DNA of 26,123 bases from an uncultured Bacteroidaceae bacterium (GTDB lineage Bacteria; Bacteroidota; Bacteroidia; Bacteroidales; DTU049): assembly GCA_964550265.1 (NCBI GenBank), contig CAZJYL010000001.1:1-26123 (forward strand), in the 5' to 3' direction. Positions 1 to 8,862 of the stretch are shown here, in pieces. How positions within the stretch are numbered: the first letter of the stretch is position 1; each line of letters opens with the position of its first letter. The notes under the pieces are model-generated. The model searched no databases and was not told where the DNA came from. It saw nothing but the letters and a program-made list of their open reading frames with translations. The translations under genes and the position numbers were made by a program.

Positions 1-1069
1 ATTCCATTAAATCTACATCATCTTCTTCGAACTCAACATCCCTGAATACTTCAATTTCGTAACCTATAAGTTTAGAGGCAAGCTTAATATTTTGCCCGCC
101 TTTACCAATTGCAAGCGAAATCTGATCGGGCTTAAGATATATTTCTATGGTCTTTGTCTCTTCATTTATGTTGAGCGATGATATTTTTGCAGGGCTTAAT
201 GCGCGACCAACGTAAACAGAAAGATTATTGGAGTAATTTATTACATCAATGTTTTCATTGCGAAGTTCACGTACAATACCATGAATACGTGAGCCTTTCA
301 TGCCAACGCATGCTCCTACGGGATCGATACGGTCATCATATGATTCAACTGCAACTTTTGCTCTTTCGCCGGGTTGTCTTACAATTTTGCGAATAGTAAT
401 AAGACCATCTTCAATTTCCGGAACTTCCATTTTAAAAAGTCGTTCAAGAAATTTTGGAGAAGTACGGGAAAGTATAACAAATGGAGTGTTGTTTTTAAAC
501 TCAACCCTATCTACAACAGCTCGAATAGATTCTCCTTTTTTATAAAAATCCGAAGGAATCATCTCTGTACGGGGTAACACAAGTTCATAATCTTCGTCAT
601 CTAAAACAAGAAGCTCTTTTTTCCAAACCTGACTGACTTCGCCGGTAACAATATCGCCAATAAGGTCTTTATATTTTTGATATATGTTTTCTTTTTCAAA
701 CTCCATCACTTTTGCTTTAAGCATTTGGTGAATGCTTTGAATGTCGCGTCTGTCAAATTGTGCGATACCAAACGGTTCAACAACTTGTTCACCCACTTCA
801 AAATCCGGCTCAATTTTTACTGCCTCGCTATATGCAATTTCCATATTGGGGTTTACCACCTCTTTGTCGTCCACAATAACACGACTACGCCATATTTCGA
901 GGTCTCCCGTTGATGTATTAACAATAACATCAAAATTATCAGCAACTTCGAATTTTTTTGCTAATATATGTTTGAAAATGTCAACGAGAATTTTCATTAG
1001 TGTTGGCCTGTCAATGGCTTTAGAGTCTTTAAACTCACTAAATGATTCTACTAAATTCATTGTTTCCAT
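1..1069 (-). CDS. nusA: Transcription termination/antitermination factor NusA (3'-truncated by window edge)
   Basis: Not in the ORF track; translated by hand on the minus strand from ATG at 1069 (alternative ATG at 1060): METMNLVESFSEFKDSKAIDRPTLMKILVDIF...GDLEIWRSRVIV, and near the window start YLKPDQISLAIGKGGQNIKLASKLIGYEIEVFRD (KH2 motif). Lies directly downstream of rimP. Confidence 0.97.
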   Translation of the reverse strand, partial: METMNLVESFSEFKDSKAIDRPTLMKILVDIFKHILAKKFEVADNFDVIVNTSTGDLEIWRSRVIVDDKEVVNPNMEIAYSEAVKIEPDFEVGEQVVEPFGIAQFDRRDIQSIHQMLKAKVMEFEKENIYQKYKDLIGDIVTGEVSQVWKKELLVLDDEDYELVLPRTEMIPSDFYKKGESIRAVVDRVEFKNNTPFVILSRTSPKFLERLFKMEVPEIEDGLITIRKIVRQPGERAKVAVESYDDRIDPVGACVGMKGSRIHGIVRELRNENIDVINYSNNLSVYVGRALSPAKISSLNINEETKTIEIYLKPDQISLAIGKGGQNIKLASKLIGYEIEVFRDVEFEEDDVDLME

Positions 1070-1086
1070 AACACAAAGGTGTTTTA

Positions 1087-1533
1087 TTATTTAAAAGATG
1101 CAATTATTTGTGTTTTAAGGCAATCAGAATATTTGATTTCCTTGTTTTGAGTTTCTTTCTTTTTGGGTGGTACTTTCATGGCTAAAGTAAAAGAGTTGTC
1201 ATCAGCTGAAACTATGATGCCATTTAAAACCGTTTTGTCATTCAAGGTTACCATAGCGCTTCTGTTAATGTTTTTTATATATTGACGTGGAAGTAGGAGA
1301 GGATTTCCAATACCAAAAGACGAAACGTCGAGTTGAAAATCTTCCTCATCCCGGTTTAATTTTCCTTCAATAAATTTACTAACTCTCACACAGTCGTCTA
1401 TACTAACGCTAATTTCACCGTCAAGCAACACTAAAATATGATTTCCTTTTTTAATGTTTACCTGAACAGGAAAAATGTTTTCGTTTTTACAGAATTCGTT
1501 TACCAAATTAAATATGTCGTTTTCCTTTATCAT
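1087..1533 (-). CDS. rimP: Ribosome maturation factor RimP
   Basis: 148 aa with VSIDDCVRVSKFIE, DFQLDVSSFGIGNPLLLPRQYIKNINR motifs (canonical LEVSSPG..RPL); canonical position upstream of nusA. Confidence 0.95.
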   Translation of the reverse strand: MIKENDIFNLVNEFCKNENIFPVQVNIKKGNHILVLLDGEISVSIDDCVRVSKFIEGKLNRDEEDFQLDVSSFGIGNPLLLPRQYIKNINRSAMVTLNDKTVLNGIIVSADDNSFTLAMKVPPKKKETQNKEIKYSDCLKTQIIASFK

Positions 1534-1546
1534 CAGTTACATTTAA

Positions 1547-1576
1547 TAACTGAGGGGACAATTGTCCCCTCAGTTA
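1547..1576. promoter_or_regulatory. Perfect 30-bp palindrome / hairpin in the tRNA-Gln to rimP leader (candidate attenuator or terminator)
   Basis: TAACTGAGGGGACAA|TTGTCCCCTCAGTTA is self-complementary; it ends 13 nt before the rimP ATG and is followed on the minus strand only by a weak A/U tract. Confidence 0.6.
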
Positions 1577-1586
1577 GTCTCCTTTG

Positions 1587-1657
1587 TTGTCCGACCAGGA
1601 CTCGAACCTAGACGAGCAGAACCAAAATCTGCTGTGCTGCCATTACACCATCGGACA
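1587..1657 (-). tRNA. tRNA-Gln (anticodon TTG)
   Basis: Minus strand TGTCCGATGGTGTAATGGCAGCACAGCAGATTTTGGTTCTGCTCGTCTAGGTTCGAGTCCTGGTCGGACAA: acceptor stem TGTCCGA/TCGGACA, anticodon arm GCAGA-TTTTGGT-TCTGC, T-loop GTTCGAGTC; CCA not encoded. Confidence 0.97.
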
Positions 1658-1673
1658 GATTTAAATCAGGGTG

Positions 1674-1681
1674 CAAAAGTA
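1674..1681 (-). promoter_or_regulatory. Bacteroidota sigma70 -7 element for tRNA-Gln-rimP-nusA
   Basis: TACTTTTG on the minus strand matches TAnnTTTG, 16 nt upstream of the tRNA 5' end. Confidence 0.7.
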
Positions 1682-1844
1682 CAAATATTTTTAATACAAT
1701 TATATAGTTTATAAAATATTTTGCATGTGAGAATCATATTTTTATGCTTGAAATTAATTCTAATAGCCGTTTTTGCGTTATAATTAACAATATTTGAAAT
1801 AAAATTGTATTTTCGCAGTTTATTCACGGAACAATAAATTGTAT

Positions 1845-4800
1845 ATGCAAAACTACAAGAAACTAAACAATTTGGTAGGATGGGTAGTATTTATTATTGC
1901 TGCTATCGTTTATACCTTATCTGCCGAACCCACAGCCAGTTTCTGGGATTGTGGAGAATACATAGCCACTTCTTATAAATTACAAGTTGGCCATCCACCG
2001 GGAGCTCCAACTTTTCAGTTAATAGGTCGTTTCTTTTCCTTGTTTGCCTTTGGAGATGTAACTAAAGTTGCATTCATGATAAACATGATGTCAGTACTGT
2101 GTAGTGCATTTACAATATTATTTCTTTTCTGGACGATTACTTATTTTGCAAAAAAATTAACTTCAAAAGTTGACGATAGCGCGTCAAAATTGTGGACAAT
2201 CTTAGGTGCGGGCATTGTAGGCGCTCTTGCATATACTTTTTCTGATTCATTTTGGTTTTCAGCCGTTGAAGGTGAGGTTTATGCTATGTCTTCCATGTTT
2301 ACCGCACTTGTCTTCTGGCTTATGCTGAAATGGGAAGAAGATGCAGATGATCCTAGATCTTTCCGCTGGATTATTTTAATTACTTTTTTAATTGGACTTT
2401 CTATTGGAGTTCACTTACTGAACTTATTAACCTTGCCTGCATTGATAATGATTTATTATTACAGAAAATATAATGTTACAAAAAAAGGTATCTTTTATGC
2501 ACTTGCCATCTCAGTTATTCTTCTGGCATTTATGTTTTACATGCTGATTCCGGGCATGGTTTGGCTGGCGGGTCATTTTGAATTGTTTTTTATTAATAAT
2601 GTTGGACTTCCTTTCAATGCAGGGACAATTATATTTTTTGCTTTGCTTATTGGTCTTATTGTATTTGGCTTACATTGGTCAAAAAAGAAAGGACGCGTTG
2701 TTTTAAATACAATAGTTCTTGCTTTTACTTTTTTAATGATAGGTTATTCTACATTTTTTATATTAATTATCAGATCTAATGCAAATACACCTATCAATGA
2801 AAATTCTCCCCGTGATGCCATTAGTTTATTGTCTTACTTAAATCGCGAACAATATGGCGAAACGCCATTAATTACCGGACAATATTTTAATGCTCCTTTG
2901 AACCAGTCAACAGAATGGAAAGATGCTTCTCCTATTTACGAAAAAGATGTTGAAAAAGGTAAATATGTTTTAACGGATGCTCGAAAAAACTCCAGACCAA
3001 CATATAACAGCAAGTTTACAACCTTTTTCCCACGCATGTGGAGTAGTCAGGAAAATCATCATATATCCACATATCTTGAGTGGGGTGGTATAAGCGAAAA
3101 GGATGTTTATAAAAGTGTTCCGACAAATTCAAGAGGAAATAAAATCTATACCCAAGGTGTACCTAAAAGCTCGCCTACATTTGGACAAAACCTTCGCTTT
3201 TTCTTTTCATATCAGGTTGGACACATGTATTTCAGATATTTTTTCTGGAATTTTGTTGGCCGCCAAAACGATATACAGGGGCACGGAAATCCAACTGAAG
3301 GGAATTGGCATTGTGGTATTCCGTTTATTGACAAAATGCATTTAGGCAATCAGGAATTGGTTACTGAACAAATGAGCAATAATAAGGGCAACAATTCTTT
3401 TTACTTTTTACCTTTAATACTTGGCTTGGTAGGTCTTTTTTATCACCTGAACAAACATTCAAGAGACACGCTTATTGTTGCATTGTTGTTTTTTATGACT
3501 GGACTTGCCATAGTTATATATTTAAATCAATATCCGTATCAGCCTCGTGAGCGAGATTATGCTTATGTGGGCAGTTTTTATGCATTTGCCGTATGGATTG
3601 GATTAGGTGTAATAGCTGTAGTTCAATTGTTAAAAAAATTATTTAAAGAAAATGTTTTGGCACCAATTGCAGCAACCTTAATTTCATTATTGTTAGTTCC
3701 CGGAATTATGGCAAAGGATGGGTGGAATGATCATTGTAGGGCCGGAAGATACACGGCACGAGATTTTGCAAAAAACTATCTTGCATCTTGTGCCCCTAAC
3801 GCTATTTTGTTTACAAATGGTGATAATGACACATTCCCTTTGTGGTATGTTCAGGAAGTTGAGGGCTTTAGAACAGATGTTCGTGTTGTAAATCTTTCAT
3901 TGTTCTATACCGATTGGTATGCCGATCAGATGAAACGCAAAGCTTATGAATCCGAGCCCGTACCAATTTCCATGGAGCATAAACAATATCGCACAGGAAC
4001 CCGGGATATAGTTTATTTGCTACAGGATGAAAATATGGGATATGTAAATATTAAGGAACTTTTCGATATTTTGCATAAAAGCCCTGAAAAACTACAGCAA
4101 AAGGTTCGTGAATATACTCTCGACTTTTTCCCTTCCAAGAATTTTTATTTACCTGTTGATACAAATAAAATATTTACGAACGGTACTGTTCCTTCTTCAT
4201 GGAAAGAATATGTTACTGATAGCGTAAAATGGACAATCAATAGAAATGCAATACAGAAAAATACCTTGTTTTGCCTGGATATTTTAGCTCATTTTAACTG
4301 GGATCGCCCGATATACTTTGCCATTACTACCGGTAATGACGCTTATATGGGACTAGAAGATTATTTTTCGTTGGAAGGTCTTGTTTACAGACTTGTACCG
4401 GTTAAAACAATTAACCCTGATGGAGCTACCGGAAGAGTGAATACTGAAGCGATGTATGATAATATGATGAATAAATTCGAGTGGGGAAATTTGTCAGGCA
4501 AAAATGTTTATCTTGATGAAACAAATTTGAGAATGTGCATGAACTTCAGAAACAACTTTGCACGTTTGGCTAACGCTTTGCTTGATGAGGGTCAAAATGA
4601 AGATGGTTCTTTCGATAATGAAAAGAAGACAAAGGCTATAGCTGCATTAGATCGTTGCATGGAAGTTTTACCCGAATCCGCTGTACCATATAATTATTTT
4701 ATTTTACCTATAGCTGAGGCATATTACCGTGCGGGCGAAGTTCAAAAAGCCAATGCTATAGTTTCACGGGTAATTGATTTATACGAAGCAGAATTGGCAT

Positions 4801-5003
4801 ATTATTATTCTTTGGACAAAAAGCGCAGTAATTTGCTGGAGTTCGACAAACAGCAAGCTCTTTTTATACTTCAGCGTATAATGATGATTACCGAAGAGAC
4901 GAAGCAAACGGATTTATTTAAAAAAGTTGAACCTGTTTTTGCAAAATATTACGGCTTGTATACCGGAATACCATATCAGACAGTAAAAGATTCAGCTAAA
5001 TAG
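1845..5003 (+). CDS. DUF2723 / TMEM260-like GT-C fold multi-pass membrane glycosyltransferase
   Basis: About a dozen hydrophobic segments in the N-terminal ~630 aa followed by a large soluble domain; motifs ASFWDCGEY, VGHPPGAP, SAVEGEVYA, LNREQYG, QPRERDYAYVGS, GDNDTFPLWY. ATG at 1845 preferred over the TTG at 1839. Confidence 0.88.
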   Translation: MQNYKKLNNLVGWVVFIIAAIVYTLSAEPTASFWDCGEYIATSYKLQVGHPPGAPTFQLIGRFFSLFAFGDVTKVAFMINMMSVLCSAFTILFLFWTITYFAKKLTSKVDDSASKLWTILGAGIVGALAYTFSDSFWFSAVEGEVYAMSSMFTALVFWLMLKWEEDADDPRSFRWIILITFLIGLSIGVHLLNLLTLPALIMIYYYRKYNVTKKGIFYALAISVILLAFMFYMLIPGMVWLAGHFELFFINNVGLPFNAGTIIFFALLIGLIVFGLHWSKKKGRVVLNTIVLAFTFLMIGYSTFFILIIRSNANTPINENSPRDAISLLSYLNREQYGETPLITGQYFNAPLNQSTEWKDASPIYEKDVEKGKYVLTDARKNSRPTYNSKFTTFFPRMWSSQENHHISTYLEWGGISEKDVYKSVPTNSRGNKIYTQGVPKSSPTFGQNLRFFFSYQVGHMYFRYFFWNFVGRQNDIQGHGNPTEGNWHCGIPFIDKMHLGNQELVTEQMSNNKGNNSFYFLPLILGLVGLFYHLNKHSRDTLIVALLFFMTGLAIVIYLNQYPYQPRERDYAYVGSFYAFAVWIGLGVIAVVQLLKKLFKENVLAPIAATLISLLLVPGIMAKDGWNDHCRAGRYTARDFAKNYLASCAPNAILFTNGDNDTFPLWYVQEVEGFRTDVRVVNLSLFYTDWYADQMKRKAYESEPVPISMEHKQYRTGTRDIVYLLQDENMGYVNIKELFDILHKSPEKLQQKVREYTLDFFPSKNFYLPVDTNKIFTNGTVPSSWKEYVTDSVKWTINRNAIQKNTLFCLDILAHFNWDRPIYFAITTGNDAYMGLEDYFSLEGLVYRLVPVKTINPDGATGRVNTEAMYDNMMNKFEWGNLSGKNVYLDETNLRMCMNFRNNFARLANALLDEGQNEDGSFDNEKKTKAIAALDRCMEVLPESAVPYNYFILPIAEAYYRAGEVQKANAIVSRVIDLYEAELAYYYSLDKKRSNLLEFDKQQALFILQRIMMITEETKQTDLFKKVEPVFAKYYGLYTGIPYQTVKDSAK

Positions 5004-5005
5004 AC

Positions 5006-5746
5006 ATGTATGTGGTGCGTCCATATATACTTAAAGATTTAAATACACGCAATTGTATTTGGCGCATTCCTGGTGCTGAAAATACTATTTATCTTACTTT
5101 CGACGATGGTCCTATACCTGAGTTGACGCCGTTTGTGTTAGAAACATTACAAAAATATAATGCAAAAGCAACATTTTTTTGTGTAGGTGATAATGCGCGA
5201 AAATATCCTGATTTGCTTAATGAAATAATTGAACAGGGACATACGGTTGGCAATCATACTTATAACCATTATGATGGCTGGAAAAAAAATTCCGAAGAAT
5301 ATGTTCAAAACATTAAACGCGGATTTGAATATATTCCGGGTAAAATTTTCAGACCTCCTTACGGACATATTACCCCATGGCAAATAAATAAGCTGAAGAA
5401 TCAGGTTTTTATTGTCCTTTGGACGGTTTTAAGCTATGATTTTGATCAGAACATCACTCCGGCAAGATGCCTGAAAAATGTAATAAAATACACAAAACGG
5501 GGATCAATAGTTGTATTTCACGAAAACAAAAAAGCGATACCAAGAATAAAATATGCGCTTCCTCGCTATATTGAACATTATTCGGCCTTAGGTTATCGTT
5601 TTGAAGCTCTTTCAGAGCAATTACTTCAAAAAGCTCTTCGGCGTAACTGGATTAATGCATCAGGAAGATTTATGAACAAAATGATAGGGGATCTGAATAT
5701 TCCGTTCATTAGTTCTAAAATATCTAAACAAAAAACGTCAGGGTAA
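5006..5746 (+). CDS. Polysaccharide deacetylase (NodB / CE4 family)
   Basis: YLTFDDGP, ATFFCVG, VGNHTYNH, FRPPYG, LSYDF, IVVFHE motifs; no signal peptide; starts 2 nt after the DUF2723 stop. Confidence 0.92.
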   Translation: MYVVRPYILKDLNTRNCIWRIPGAENTIYLTFDDGPIPELTPFVLETLQKYNAKATFFCVGDNARKYPDLLNEIIEQGHTVGNHTYNHYDGWKKNSEEYVQNIKRGFEYIPGKIFRPPYGHITPWQINKLKNQVFIVLWTVLSYDFDQNITPARCLKNVIKYTKRGSIVVFHENKKAIPRIKYALPRYIEHYSALGYRFEALSEQLLQKALRRNWINASGRFMNKMIGDLNIPFISSKISKQKTSG

Positions 5747-5767
5747 ATTCTTACAATATAATTTGTT

Positions 5768-6586
5768 ATGACTTTCACAAACGAAAATATTAAAAACGAA
5801 ATTCAAAAAGTTTTATCGTTTAATGTTGATGACCGGCAATTTGTTTATCGAAGGATTATTAATCATATTGATTTAACGACCCTTGAAGGCACCGACAATG
5901 ATGAAAAAGTTCGCAATCTTTGCAAAACTGCTTATGAAATTCAAAATACTGCCAAAGATATTCCGGCAGTAGCTGCAATTTGCGTATATCCTATTTTTGT
6001 AAAAACTGCAAAAGAAGCACTTGTCGGAAAAAACATCAACGTTGCTGCCGTGGCAGGTGCATTCCCTTCGGGTCAAAGCTCTCTTGATATCAGGTTGGCA
6101 GAAGTTCGTTACGCTGTTGAACAAGGCGCCGATGAAATCGACATGGTTATTTCGCGAGGTCGTTTTTTGTCAGGTGAACGCGATTTTATACGCGAAGAGG
6201 TTTCTAAACATAAGGAAGCTTGTGGCAACGCACACCTGAAAGTTATTTTGGAAACTGGCGAATTGCTTGACCCAAATCTCATTTATGAGGCATCAATGAT
6301 TTCAATGGAGGCTGGGGCGGATTTTATTAAAACTTCGACCGGCAAAATACAGCCTGCCGCTACACTGGAATCTGCTTATGTTATGTTGAGTGCAATTAGG
6401 GATTTTTATTTAAAAACAGGAAAAAAGATAGGCTTTAAACCTGCCGGTGGCATCAGCGAACCGGAAACTGCCATTCATTTTTGGAATATGGTTAAATATA
6501 TTAATGGCGAAGAATGGTTAAATAACACATTATTCCGTTATGGCGCCAGCCGCCTTCTAAATAAATTAATTGATGTTATTAAATAA
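5768..6586 (+). CDS. deoC: Deoxyribose-phosphate aldolase
   Basis: IDLTTLEGTD, AAICVYP, GADEIDMV, LKVILETGEL, FIKTSTGK (Schiff-base Lys), GFKPAGG, RYGASRLL. Confidence 0.96.
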   Translation: MTFTNENIKNEIQKVLSFNVDDRQFVYRRIINHIDLTTLEGTDNDEKVRNLCKTAYEIQNTAKDIPAVAAICVYPIFVKTAKEALVGKNINVAAVAGAFPSGQSSLDIRLAEVRYAVEQGADEIDMVISRGRFLSGERDFIREEVSKHKEACGNAHLKVILETGELLDPNLIYEASMISMEAGADFIKTSTGKIQPAATLESAYVMLSAIRDFYLKTGKKIGFKPAGGISEPETAIHFWNMVKYINGEEWLNNTLFRYGASRLLNKLIDVIK

Positions 6587-6659
6587 AATACTTTAACACA
6601 ATGTTTAAAGCTTAACTGATTCTGATTTCATTTAAGTTTTTAAAAGAGTAATTTTTTAA

Positions 6660-7490
6660 TTAAAATTTGATTTTTTCGGGAATTCCTTCGAAGCCTTTTA
6701 TGTTTTTTGCTATTGATGCAGCTTCATTATAAAAATCGTGTTCGAATATAATCCCAATGTTCTCTTCTACTGCTTTATGCAAAAACGTTTCTTTTTCTTC
6801 AAGCGCTAAAATTGGCATTATATCCACTGATGCGACCCAGATAGGAGAAATATGCGTTATGGACGGAATGAAATCGGAAGCATAAAGCCATTTTCGTTTC
6901 GGTGTTTGAATTATGGGTAAAATCTGCCCTGCCGTATGGCCGTCGCGCAACAGCACCGAAATGCCGGGAATAATTTCTTCTTCAATCTCTATAAAACGCA
7001 TTAAACCTTGCTCGTACAAAGGCATTACATTGTCGGAAAAATATGATGCAGCTTCGCGTTTATTTGGATTCATGGCGGAGTCCCATTGTTTTTTACTTAC
7101 CCAATGCACGGCATTAGGGCAAACTATTTCCACTTCTCTGCTATTTGTATGGTTTATTGCTCCACCACAATGGTCGTCGTGAAGATGGGTAAAAATAACA
7201 TCGGTTACTGCAGATGGCTGGTATCCGGCCTTTTGAATACTTTCGGCCAAGGTGGTTCGCTCAGTGATATACTTATACTGATAATATTTTGCATCGCGTT
7301 TGTTACCAAAGCCTGTTTCTATTAAAACCAGCCGGGACCCGGTATCTACTATTAAACAACGATTTACAATAGGGATTAAATTGTTTTCATCTGCCGTGTA
7401 AAAACGACTCCAGATTGTACGGGGAATTACTCCGTAAGCAACTCCGGCATCAATTTTCCAAGATTCTGTAATTATTGGAACTAATTTCAT
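6660..7490 (-). CDS. MBL-fold metallo-hydrolase (YtnP-like)
   Basis: THLHDDHCGG (HxHxDH), DGHTAGQ, ASDFIP, IFEHD; N-terminus WKIDAGVAYGVIPR resembles the YtnP-type LDGGAMFGVVPK. Start moved to ATG 7490 so it does not overlap radA. Confidence 0.85.
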   Translation of the reverse strand: MKLVPIITESWKIDAGVAYGVIPRTIWSRFYTADENNLIPIVNRCLIVDTGSRLVLIETGFGNKRDAKYYQYKYITERTTLAESIQKAGYQPSAVTDVIFTHLHDDHCGGAINHTNSREVEIVCPNAVHWVSKKQWDSAMNPNKREAASYFSDNVMPLYEQGLMRFIEIEEEIIPGISVLLRDGHTAGQILPIIQTPKRKWLYASDFIPSITHISPIWVASVDIMPILALEEKETFLHKAVEENIGIIFEHDFYNEAASIAKNIKGFEGIPEKIKF

Positions 7491-7504
7491 AACACAAAAA
7501 CAGA

Positions 7505-8860
7505 TTAAGCGAAAATAATTTTCCAAACATCCTGTAAACGAGAAACCGGTATAATTTTTACCGAAAACTCTTTTTGAGGCAATGATTTACTATTTGATTT
7601 AGAGATAATAATTTGTTTAAAACCTAATTTGTCAGCTTCCGAAATACGCTGTTCAATGCGGTTGACAGGTCTTATTTCGCCTGATAAACCAACTTCTGCG
7701 GCAAAACACGTTTTGCTGTCAATAATCATATCGTGATAAGAAGAAGCCAATGCGCTGACAACAGCTAAATCTACGGCGGGGTCGTCAACTCTGATACCGC
7801 CCGTAACGTTCAGAAATACATCATTTACTCCCATACGAAGTCCGCTTCGTTTTTCTAAAACTGCCAGCAACATTGCAAGACGCCGTTGATCGAAACCATT
7901 TGCACTGCGCTGTGGATTGCCATAAGGGCTTGGGCTTACCAGTGCCTGAATTTCGAGTAATAAAGGTCTTGCTCCCTCAATGGTTGTAGCTATGGCTGTT
8001 CCGGGCAAATCAATGACTCTGTCCGATAAAAATACTTCAGAAGGATTGGAAACTTCGCGCAAACCGTTTGCTGTCATTTCAAAAATGCCCAGTTCCGAAG
8101 CAGAACCAAACCGGTTTTTTAATGTTCTTAAAATTCTGTATCCATGGTGACGGTCCCCTTCGAATTGAAGTACTGTGTCAACTATATGCTCAAGAATTTT
8201 TGGACCGGCAATACTGCCATCTTTTGTTATGTGTCCAATTATAAATATAGGGACCCCGCTTTTTTTTGAATATTTCTGCAACTCTGCAGCACACTCTCTT
8301 ACCTGACTGATTGTTCCTGAGGACGATTCTATTCGCTCAGTGTGCATTGTTTGAATGGAATCAACCACAATGCAATCGGGCTTTAAATTTTCACTTGCTA
8401 TTGTAATATTTTGCACATCGGTTTCTGAAAGAAGATATGTATTGTCGTTTTTTAGCCCAAGGCGCTCTGCACGCATTTTAATTTGTCCAAGACTTTCTTC
8501 ACCCGAAACATAAAGTGTTTTTAAATTTGAGTGTGATATGGCAACTTGAAGCATTAAAGTTGATTTGCCAATTCCGGGTTCTCCACCAATCAGTATCACA
8601 GAACCTTTTACCATGCCGCCACCAAGAACGCGGTCCAGTTCAGCATTTTGCAGTGAAAATCTTTTACCGGAATTAAATTCAATTTCAGAAATTTTTTTTG
8701 GTAAATCTCCTTTTACACTAATAGTTGTTTTAGCAGCCTGAACTGATATTATTTCTTCAATCAATGTGTTCCATTCACCACAACCCGGGCATTTCCCGTT
8801 CCATTTTGGATATTGAGATCCACAACTTTGACAAACAAAAGCTGTTTTTGTTTTAGCCAT
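7505..8860 (-). CDS. radA: DNA repair protein RadA/Sms
   Basis: Zn finger CQSC...CPGC, Walker A GGEPGIGKST, VDSIQT, KNRFG motif, Lon-like C-terminus. Confidence 0.98.
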   Translation of the reverse strand: MAKTKTAFVCQSCGSQYPKWNGKCPGCGEWNTLIEEIISVQAAKTTISVKGDLPKKISEIEFNSGKRFSLQNAELDRVLGGGMVKGSVILIGGEPGIGKSTLMLQVAISHSNLKTLYVSGEESLGQIKMRAERLGLKNDNTYLLSETDVQNITIASENLKPDCIVVDSIQTMHTERIESSSGTISQVRECAAELQKYSKKSGVPIFIIGHITKDGSIAGPKILEHIVDTVLQFEGDRHHGYRILRTLKNRFGSASELGIFEMTANGLREVSNPSEVFLSDRVIDLPGTAIATTIEGARPLLLEIQALVSPSPYGNPQRSANGFDQRRLAMLLAVLEKRSGLRMGVNDVFLNVTGGIRVDDPAVDLAVVSALASSYHDMIIDSKTCFAAEVGLSGEIRPVNRIEQRISEADKLGFKQIIISKSNSKSLPQKEFSVKIIPVSRLQDVWKIIFA

Positions 8861-8862
8861 CT

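Noticed and set aside
178-1094. Five plus-strand ORFs (72-117 aa)
   Set aside because: Antisense shadows of nusA, which the ORF track missed because it is truncated; no recognisable motifs.
1587-1845. tRNA as a possible integration site or island boundary
   Set aside because: No integrase, no duplicated tRNA 3' end seen elsewhere in the window, and the flanks are core genes.
3103-3345. 80-aa alternative-frame ORF inside the DUF2723 gene
   Set aside because: No motif, no frameshift signal, and the main frame is intact.
6587-6659. Terminator between convergent deoC and MBL genes
   Set aside because: Only a weak, imperfect AT-rich hairpin; not supportable.
5147-7325. Short overlapping ORFs within the deacetylase, deoC and MBL genes
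   Set aside because: Antisense or off-frame shadows of well-supported genes.
7491-7526. Longer 5' start for the MBL hydrolase
   Set aside because: It overlaps the radA 3' end; ATG 7490 matches the family start.
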